Positions 40,685 through 49,709 of a DNA stretch of 49,709 bases are shown here, in pieces. Under the pieces are notes generated by a model, which saw only the letters and a list, made by a program, of their open reading frames with translations, did not search any database and was not told where the DNA came from. Made by a program: the position numbers and the translations under genes. This DNA comes from Phoronis australis (taxonomy: Eukaryota > Animalia > Phoronida): positions 354,682-404,390 of the forward strand of contig NMRA01000309.1 in assembly GCA_002633005.1 (NCBI GenBank). Reading direction: 5' to 3'. Position 1 is the first letter of the stretch; each line of letters begins with the position of its first letter.

Positions 40685-40807
40685 GTTAAAACCGAGCTGA
40701 GGAGCTAGAAACCTGGCTCAAGGGTTTAGCAGTGTGACCTGGTGTTACTTGAACCCACAACCTCGAGTAAAGAAAGCGGGTACTTAATCAACCAGGCCAC
40801 ACTGCCT
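40685..40807 (-). mobile_element. tRNA-derived SINE head, degenerate
   Basis: Minus strand: ggcagtgTGGCCTGGTTGA (A-box-like) ... GGTTCAAGT (B-box-like) at tRNA-like spacing, followed by a cccttgagccagg body motif. No intact cloverleaf. Confidence 0.55.
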
Positions 40808-41883
40808 CCTCTGCAGCATTTACCCAGAATGCTTTTTACCCATCAGATGTTTATTCTAGACTTATACTATTCAATACAACCATGTCAATCACTACTTCAT
40901 ATTACATTAAAATTATAATTTCATTTGTTAATGCAAATCTGTCAGATTTTAACCGTGATGATTTCCAATGATGAAACCAAGAAATTTGATAAGCTGGATT
41001 AAATCATCTGCCTGCGAGAGTCAGACATTTAAATGTTAAATTGAAGATGCATTTCGCCTGTTTAGCTGACTAAAAACGAAACTCGAATTGAGATTTTCAC
41101 TCTCATCAAATCGGTCAGACGATATTCTTTACCGAGATAGGATTCTATTTGTGTAACCAATAAGAACATCAAAACTATCAACAACTCAAGAAAACACTTC
41201 AGAGTTTGTTGGGAATGACCAACCCCAAAATAGCGAATTCAAAAATAGCTCATGTAAGTAATACCAGTGACATAAGCTACAGGTTCATTTGGAAACAATT
41301 CAAGGTTGGATGACCAAGGTAATGTCTGAATACAACTCTTGTGGACATTAATGCAAATCAGTTATTTAGATAAATTGGCTGCACCCAACTTAACGTAGTT
41401 TTTAAATCTCAAGCTCAGCTTAAACGCCCACTTTCTGATTTTCGAGTTCCTCCGTACATTAATGTCCTCGGATACACTGAGTATACAAGGGAAACAAGCC
41501 TCTAATGTGTAGGTTAAGGTTACCTCAATCAACTTTTAACCTGTCGGTAAGAACATAAGAGAAACGCATGTTTTTTCCAGGAAACAATGGACTAATTGAA
41601 TATAATGTTCATATTTTGCATGTAAAAGCGCATTGACTGATGCGTTTCCAACCATAATGGAACTGTTAGGTGTTATTACAGTTTTGAAGACCAGGAAGTC
41701 ACACAATGTGACGAGTATGTTGTAGTTCTTTATGGAAACAATAAATCATCTATTGCTAAGTGGTTGATTACACAGAAATGACACAGGTCAGGCCAAGTCA
41801 ACTGTAGTCAACAAATAAACTGACAGCATGTTGACACCAGTTTTAATTCCACCCACAGTATAATCTTCACAAACTTTGCGTGT

Positions 41884-42010
41884 GTTCAGTAACGCTAGGA
41901 CCTATGCTAGGACCTAGCTAAAATCTAGCTAAAGACACGTGATCTCATTTAAAATACATGGCAATATCTCACGTAGTCTTGATTTTAGCGAGGTCCTAGC
42001 GTTACTGAAC
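41884..42010. mobile_element. Small palindromic MITE (~127 bp)
   Basis: Perfect 20-bp inverted repeat gttcagtaacgctaggacct/aggtcctagcgttactgaac, with further inner pairing and short duplications in the left arm. No clear target-site duplication. Confidence 0.7.
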
Positions 42011-44122
42011 GGGCGGCTGTTCTAGTCTAGAACACAGCACAGTAAGGCATATTCCACAACATTAAAGTTGAGTAAGTTCTTATTGATAAGTCTGTGTGTT
42101 CTGCCAAATATCTATAAAACTATAGATTTCAACCCAGTAAAAGTACATATTTTATAGCAGACAGAATGCACAATTTGACTTTCGACTTCATACCAATAGC
42201 GATGACGTGAACGCGAAGTAGGTTGAAAATTGCCAAATGTTTTTAGAAACGAGTTTTGTGCCTAAAACGATCCACCGTAAATCACTGAATCATGTCCAGT
42301 AAGTATAGTGACATGGCGCTGTGGCATAACACTGCATTATGTGGGTTACGTGAAGCCTGCATGCACGTCATTAGCGCAAAGTTAACCCATGAGACAAATT
42401 TTTTTCACGTTTACAAAATATCCATGAATACAACTGCACCTTGTTTAGCATTGCTGTTTAGTTCCTGCTATACATTAGCAGAGTTAAGAGCATGCAAATA
42501 CGTCTTTAAAGTTTCAACACCAGGTGGCAATAATTTGAATAAAAAACATAATTTACAGTTTATATAAGCCATTTCCATTACCATAAACTAAACCACAGTT
42601 AAAGCACACACAACTGAAATGAAGCATGCAAAGAAATCTAATTCCTACTGATGGTACTTGTTCCAAATGTTTAAGAAAGGCGGTTGTAAATTGTTAATGA
42701 GGAAAGGCAAAATGAACCGTGACATCTGGCAAAGGTTTTACAATTTACCTGGAACCAACATTATTCACGACCCTGGCCCTCTGATATGAGAAATGAAATT
42801 ACATTCAAGTTTACATCAAAGCAGACCATCATCTGCATCGTTAAAAAAATAACCCCGTTTTTGCCAAAGGTTCACATTGCTTAATTCAAAAAGAACAAGA
42901 GCTATTGAAATATAAACATTTTGCATATATCTAAAAGGCAACTCGCAAACACCTTTAGTCTAATTTGTAACCTGTGGCCTTTAACTATGAGTAGAATCCT
43001 AAATCTATTACTCTTCAACCCAAAAAACTTGGCAGGGGAGAATCAAAGCAAACCATAGCCGGTTCAGTTTCTAACCTCAGTTCTGAATGGGCAACTGAAT
43101 TACCTCTGTGAACCTCATACTTGAGTAGAACACTATTGGGTCAGAGAAAAAAGAACATGGAAATCGTGTGATTTCCGCATGATGCATGAGAGAGCGAGGA
43201 CAACACGTTACTGATGGTTGAGCAATGAAAATATGCGCAAGAGTATCACTGTGAAACATGGCATGGCACTTGGCCGTCATTGAGAATTGCGCACACGCTA
43301 CCTGATTCTTTTGTCTCGTCTCAATGGACCTCCACGACAAACATGATCAGCATAAAGAAACTAAGTAATGAACAACTATTATCAGCTAAACAGTGATCAA
43401 CGGTGATCCAGAAAACCCACCCGAAACGTAAAAGCAAAACCAGACAAGTTGTCAAGCACGAAAATAGACCATGAGGATCCTTTATCGTAGTGCTGTTTAA
43501 TTAGAACTAAAAATGGTTGCCAATAGCAACATCACTGACAAAAATATATTAAGCTAATTACTCTCATCAGGACATTGATTTCCAAAACGTCCTGAATAGA
43601 AGGAAACATTCCAGAACACGGACTTTATGGTGAAACTTTGATCATGGTGACATATATCTCAATGAGTGAATGAAAATGTCTAAGTGTGAACAAATGTAGA
43701 AAAAAGACACTGTGCTTATGTCTGGTGATTGCTGAAGTTGTTATTCAGTAATGATTTTCTACACTTTGTGGATAATGATCTAAAATATGCGACATTTTAT
43801 GAATGTCATCATTGTACATCCTAATGAAATGTCATGCAGATAGTGTGTATTAGTTTCGGATGACAGCTTCCATGGAATGTCAAGAATCACTGTGAACCCT
43901 GCCATTAGTGAAAGATAAAGAGGGGAAACAATGTGACCACTTGCAGATTGCAGAATCTTGTTTTAACCACCAATTTTGCCATACATGAGCTAGGGACTTG
44001 TTTAAACAGCAATTACAACAGAATGGTATTTTTGACGTGAAAACAAAATGTCATACAGTGAAATTCAAGATGAAGCAACTTTCACAATATGGTAATTTCA
44101 TTCCACAGAATGACATTTTATC

Positions 44123-45826
44123 CAATGAGCAACGCTGAGCATTGAAATGTGCCCACGAGGGTAATGCAAATGGTGTGCTTTTAGGGTTATTTATTTGTAT
44201 CATAAAAATGGCCACTAGATGGCGCAAAAACAGGAACATGCCATATTTCATATAAATCTCTAAAGGAATTTCAGAGCAACAAAGGAAAACAGAATAAAAT
44301 GAAATTGCCACTAGTGGGCACAGTGTCCGTTGGATCTGCTTGAAAGTCGTCATCTGTTGTTAACTTCATATAAATACACTTACTTAATTTAATAAAGATC
44401 CTGCAGTGGGTTTAGGAGATACAACTATGGGCGAAAAACAAAACTACCACTAGGAGGTGCCATAGTAGTCAGTCACCATTATCAAAGGTCGTCTTCACAC
44501 TGAGAACATGTATGCCAATTTTCAAATGATTTGGTCGATACAGGGGTGGACGCCAATAACAAGATTTGAAAACAGCAAAAATGGCCACTAGGTGGTGCAA
44601 AATACCTCGATTCCATCCAAAAATAGAAAGATAGCGTCATCACACCAATAGATGCCTATATTTTATGAAAATCTGTCGAGGACCTTTGAAGATACAGAGT
44701 AAAAAACTAAAATTGCCACTAGGGGGCACAGCAGTACTCAGATCTGTCCGAAAGTCATCGTCGCCCATAGTCAACATCATATAAATATACTAGTTAAATT
44801 AAGTAAAGATCCTGCAAACAGTTTAGAAGATACAGCCATAAGCCAAAAAAACTGCCACTAAGAGGCGCCCCAATAGACGAAGTCATTAGACAATCATCTT
44901 CAGTCGTCCACTTCATAGTAAAAACATATATGCCAATTTTCATAATTATCCTGAATACGGTTTGGTTGATAGACGAGTGGACGCCAAAAATGGCCACTAG
45001 GTGATGCAAACTAAGTCGAATTCACCTGAAAACAGAGAGATAGCGACACCTCATTCATAGATGTCTATATTTAAACTTTTATAAAAATACGTTCAGGACT
45101 TTTGAAGATATAGAGGTAAACGTAAAAAAAATAAAATTGCCACTAAGTGGCAAACTGGTAGTCAAATCTGTCCGAAAGTTGTCGTCGTCCGTTGTTACCA
45201 TCATATGAATATACTTACTAAATTTCATAAAGATCTTGCGAACGGTTTATGAGATACAGCCATAGGCGCAAAAAAAACTGCCACTAGGAGGCGCCACAGT
45301 AGTCAAAGTCATTGGAAAATCATCGTCAGACGTCCACTTCATAGCAAGAACATAAATGCTAATTTTCACAATCATCCTTTGAGCGGTTAGGTTGATAGTG
45401 GGGTGGACGCAAAAAAACAAACTCGAAAACAGTAAAAACGGCCACTAGGTGGTGCAAAACTACATCGAATCCATAAGAAAACAGGAGGATAGCGTGCCTA
45501 CATACCAAATTTCTTGAAAAACCGTTTAGGTCTTTTGAAGATACAAAGGTAAACGTAAAAAACTAAAATTGCCACTAGGAGGCGCACCGGTAGTCGGATC
45601 CGTCCAAAAGTTTGCTCATGCCGTCCCATTCATGAAAGCAACATATGTGCCAAATTTCATGAATGTAAGTCAAAGAGTTTTGGTGATAGAGCAGCGGACG
45701 CCAGACATCGGGCGGACGGACACCGCACGGACGGACACCGCACGGACGGACGGACGGACGGATGGACGGACGGATGGAGATGACGGCATAATTCGTCCAC
45801 ATATAAATATGTGGGCGCATAAAAAA
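44123..45826 (-). mobile_element. Non-autonomous Helentron (HINE/DINE-1-like), apparently complete
   Basis: Read on the minus strand: 5' TTTTTTATGCGCCCACATATTTATATGTGGACG (subTIR plus stem-loop, ~45795-45826), then a (GTCC)n microsatellite (~45713-45777), about 11 internal ~140-bp tandem repeats, a 3' subTIR gtgggcacat, a short hairpin and a CTC(A)TTG end. This is the order of parts in Drosophila DINE-1. Confidence 0.85.
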
Positions 45827-46503
45827 GAGTGAAATTTGATGAAGTCACGAAAATGCATTCGCGCAAGGCACTGCCATGATTAAATGATGTTCTTTCTTTT
45901 CTTTAAATCCTTTGATTACAAAGTGTCTAAGCATATTACAGATGACACTTACAGTTGCTGTCAAATAGCAATTCTTTATGATGTTTTGCCTGGCAACTAA
46001 AGCCCATATTCGTATGGTTCATTATTACTTGGTGAACTATTTTTGCCAAGTAGGTTGCAAATTTCATCCTCTCGGTACGAAATTTAAACACAACATGTAG
46101 TTCTGAAAGAGCTGGAAGCCTTTGTTTTTCATCATGATTGAAGTCAGTATGGCAGACGTAGCAGCCATTTTATTTTTGAATTCAGATTCAAATGAACTTG
46201 AACATTTTTTCTCAGACTTACCGTATTTGAGTTATTTGACTTTCAATTTCAAAAAAGTGCAAAATTTGAAAAATTTCCAAAAATTTGTGGACTTTTGTGA
46301 AACCACTCTGTTAGAATTTTGTACGGGCTTTCAGATGTTTTTTCATTTTGTCACTACGTCTTGCTTGCGATTTATCCGGGATTTTCTGACGACACTATTC
46401 CTTTGTTGACTGATTTTTGCTGCACTTTTGTTGGTTTACCTTCTATTGAACAAGACTGCATTTCTTACTTATTTCTGACATCTTCATTCGTCATATGATT
46501 GCT

Positions 46504-46533
46504 ATCATCGTCATCATCATCATCATCATCATC
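46504..46533. repeat. (CAT)n microsatellite
   Basis: atcatcgtcatcatcatcatcatcatcatc. Confidence 0.9.
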
Positions 46534-46720
46534 TTTGCTTCTTTTCCGTCAATTTCGCCAAGTGTTGCTCCTTCGAGCGCTTTCATTTTAGTTAGTACTA
46601 CAACTACCATTATTGATACCAGATTACATTTTATGCAAACATGAACACGATGAAAGGGGTTTTGAGATGCCCCTCTGATGACAGAATCATATTTATCAGT
46701 TTCACTTAAGCAAAACACTC

Positions 46721-47300
46721 CTCACGATTTAATCAGCTTTTTCTCGGCTTCAGTTCGGCAAATCGACTTAATTTGAACCTAGAAACACAAGTTCTCAAAA
46801 ACGGTTCTGTGGATTTCGTTGAAACTTTCCAAATTTAATATTTATTCATCAATCTCAAAAACAATGTAAAGATCTTTTAATATGCAGGATTGTTTTTTGC
46901 GAATACGACCATATTTTACAATACCATACGTTTTGCGAGTTGAATTGTCATATAAACCAAATGAAAAGACTAATCAAAAATTCCTAATAGCGTTTTTGAG
47001 GTAATTAAACTGGTTTTCATTTAAAAAAGGTTTCTTTAAAAGCAACCGAGAGGTTATTTTGCTACGAATACACCTTTTTAAAAATGAAATTTTGACTTAA
47101 AAAGGTGTTACATAATAATGACAATAACAATAACAATAGTATTAGTAATAATAGTAATAATGGAACATAAATATAAACATATTTTGATATTATCTGATCT
47201 TTTTTCTTTCAGAAAATATATACTTTTACTAGTTGACAAAGACTAGTTTTTTTTACATACGAGTTTGAATGGAGGCCACTAAATAAGGTTTGAGATAACC
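46721..47300 (-). mobile_element. Kolobok-like element, copy 3 (left ~580 bp, inverted)
   Basis: Reverse complement of about 11039-11555. Ends aataaggtttgagataacc|TTAA (47301-47304). Contains an (aat/aac)-rich expansion at ~47113-47161. Confidence 0.75.
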
Positions 47301-48001
47301 TTAATCAACTTAATGTGAATTTAATGGTCACTGATAACAGAATTCCTGTTTCTAATGTAAGTTAAAACAATGCAAGGTAACAATACATTACTGCTCCAAG
47401 TCTAAATAGTTACAGTTGTTGAACAAGAGCGAGAACAAAAGCCAAAACTGTTGTAAAATGTTTTTATAGTTGAAATTAACTTTATCTCATGAGAATAACA
47501 ATAACGTCTATCGAGGACCAAATAACAAAAGAGACTTTTCCCCTTAAACACAACCGTAAATGACAAGAAAAATCAATACCATCCAATTTTTATAAGTCTT
47601 AAAAGTTTGTTACTACACTAATCCTTAATATCAACCCTGATTTCATCTAAGCTATATCATGTTATTCGCGCATCCATTAAACGCAATCAAATTAACTGCA
47701 AGCACAAGCTTTTCTACTGGTTTTTCTAATAAACAATTGTGTTCAAGTGTTACAGAGCACAATGTACACATTTGTGATACAAATAAAAATCGCTCAATCA
47801 ATCAAAATGAACAAATCGAGTGAGCTTAAATCCAATTACTTGTTACCAGTCTAGAAAGTTGCAGCACAAAATGTAGTTCAGCACTTCATTACACACCTGC
47901 AGTTCATGGAAGATAAAGCTATGTTTTTTTACATAAAAGCTTGTGGTGAGATTTTGAAAAACTTCCAGGATATGCTTAGAATAAACAAAGGAACGATGCA
48001 T

Positions 48002-48180
48002 TACCGTAAACGTTCGGGTTAACGCCCTGGGCGGTCAAATTGGCAAACCCAAAAAATCGGGGGTGGGCGGTTAACCAGACATGGGCGCTTAAACGTGAAA
48101 TTTCAAGAAATCCAGGGTGGGCGGTTAACCGAACATGGGCGCTTATTACGACAGACAACCGCCCTGGGCGGTTAATCTGA
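48002..48180. mobile_element. Left end of a Tc2/pogo-like element (same family as 1105-1327); the body probably continues rightwards
   Basis: TA|ccgtaaacgttcgggttaacgccc followed by about 6 tgggcg(g/c)ttaa repeats. CCGTA termini with TA target and subterminal repeats are typical of C. elegans Tc2-like elements. Downstream DNA is CpG-richer than the background. Confidence 0.75.
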
Positions 48181-49709
48181 TCTCGTGATCTAAGTCCCCA
48201 CACCACACACGCACTCGGAACGCGTAGCACTTTTCAAAGAGCGTTATCGTCACGTCGCCACATGACGGGGAAAATGTCATAACAGCGGATGATCTCAACA
48301 AAGGTTCTCTTGCCCTCAGATTAGTTATTCACTATTAAATTTACAGAATTGCTGAGTAATAGCCCCGTGCCATCCTGCGGTCTTGTTACTTTGTCCTGTG
48401 CAGCGCAGACGACCAGAGACCACGCAGCCTCTACTTGGATTGCAAATATTTCAAGATGTGACCTTGCTAAAGTGCGCGCGTGCAAGCTTCACGTGTTGCA
48501 GAGGTCACAGCAGACATCAAATTTATGGTTACAGTCTCGTACTAGCTGTCAAGTTCATAGTCAGAGAGCAGTTTTAAAATTAGTTGTAATAAAAGTTTGA
48601 TAAACTTAATTCAGATGTTTTTTGTGTTTGGGATGTCGACACTCCGTGACTCAATGACATTTTCAGCATATGGTTCTGCGGCTAGCTGTTTTATTTCGAC
48701 AGCCCGGCATTGCTCACTTGCCGTTGCGCCAAACATGCTCGGCAAAGAAGTAGGCCTAAGACAAGAATCAACGATAAAATTTCGAGCCACGGCATAAATA
48801 TGTGATAAAACGCCACAAAACAGCGATGTTTCAATTCATTCTTAAACGATCACCTTACCAAACTTCGTGGTGGAAAAACATTTATTTTTCATGCAGGATG
48901 TCCAGATTATCCTATTTACATCACTTGCAAAATCGCAGTGCGGCACTGTTCAGTCAGGCTGTTAGCGCGCAATGTCTCAGTCGGCTGACAATCGTGATTT
49001 ATAAATGCCATCAAGTAATATAACGGCCTCTTTCGATATATGCACCTCGTTTTTTTATGGCAAAAGATAGCGGCGGGATTCAGCACGCACGTAGGGCCTA
49101 CGTGTGAGTCACCTGTCAGTCACATGTTGGTGTCAAGGTAACATGCACTCCAAAGTGTGGGAACTTGCGCACGTGCACCACTACAAAGTCGCCAAAGAGA
49201 ATAGCGACAGTCCTAAGTATCAAAAACGGGCGTGACTATGTACTTTTAAGCTGTTGCTACAAAAGACCCAATTCCTTACGATGTTCCTCCATTGCCAATG
49301 TTCCCCAAAACTGCGATGTCAAGTCAGCATGGAAGATAACTGGCATTTACTTCATGACATGTAACAAAAGAACGAGGCTGGAGCTTAACAAAAGAAAGAT
49401 TGATATCAGGCCTCTGAAAAAAATGTAGTTTGGAGTCTGGAATAGGGACTAAATGGGAATAAGTTGTAATGGAGAAAGCTGAACAGTACGGTAAAGTCGC
49501 GTGATTTTCGGACGGCCCGCCATTTTCGACCAAGAATAAATATTTACGAAATGAGTTTTTCATAGTCCACGAAATTCGTACAAGGTCCAAAAACTGTTTT
49601 TCAAAGATCCTCGAATTTCGGACATTGTCATAAACATCAGAATTTTGTCCCGCGACTTTCGGACAAGGAAAATTTTAGATACGGTAATTTGGGATCGACG
49701 CAACTCCCG

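Noticed and set aside
40730-40807. tRNA gene
   Set aside because: A and B boxes are degenerate and the stems do not close; it fits a SINE head better.
45569-45866. Overlapping ORFs with RTDG/PSVR repeats
   Set aside because: They are translations of the Helentron (GGAC)n microsatellite.
1327-48002. Matching TIRs 46.7 kb apart as one giant composite transposon carrying the GPCR
   Set aside because: The orientation is wrong: 1327 is a right end and 48002 a left end, so the intervening DNA lies outside both elements.
240-49590. Remaining 60-128-aa ORFs in the six-frame track
   Set aside because: Mostly non-ATG starts, low-information composition and no recognisable domains; consistent with chance ORFs in intron and TE DNA.

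Overview
AT-rich animal genomic DNA, probably from a bilaterian invertebrate; nothing prokaryotic is supported (no operons, CRISPR, rRNA or intact tRNA). The only solid protein-coding gene is a class A (rhodopsin-like) GPCR of the peptide/orphan receptor type. All seven of its TM helices lie in one + strand exon (splice acceptor at 37503-37504, ATG 37519, stop 38997). A candidate upstream exon pair about 20 kb away (17494-17694 and 17862-17926) could supply either an in-frame N-terminal extension or a uORF. The rest is intron/intergenic DNA with many non-autonomous transposons: two DINE-1/HINE-like Helentrons whose ~140-bp internal repeats each carry a CTCF-like motif, three copies of a Kolobok-like TTAA element, several Tc2/pogo-like (TA-CCGTA) ends, palindromic MITEs, a tRNA-derived SINE head and two minisatellites. 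One Tc2/pogo-like element carries a disrupted stand-alone HIRAN-domain gene. The best leads are the transposon-borne HIRAN gene, the Helentron-borne CTCF-like arrays on both sides of the GPCR locus, the possible exon switch controlling the receptor N-terminus, and two fold-back elements just after the GPCR stop codon. All family assignments were made by eye and need database confirmation.
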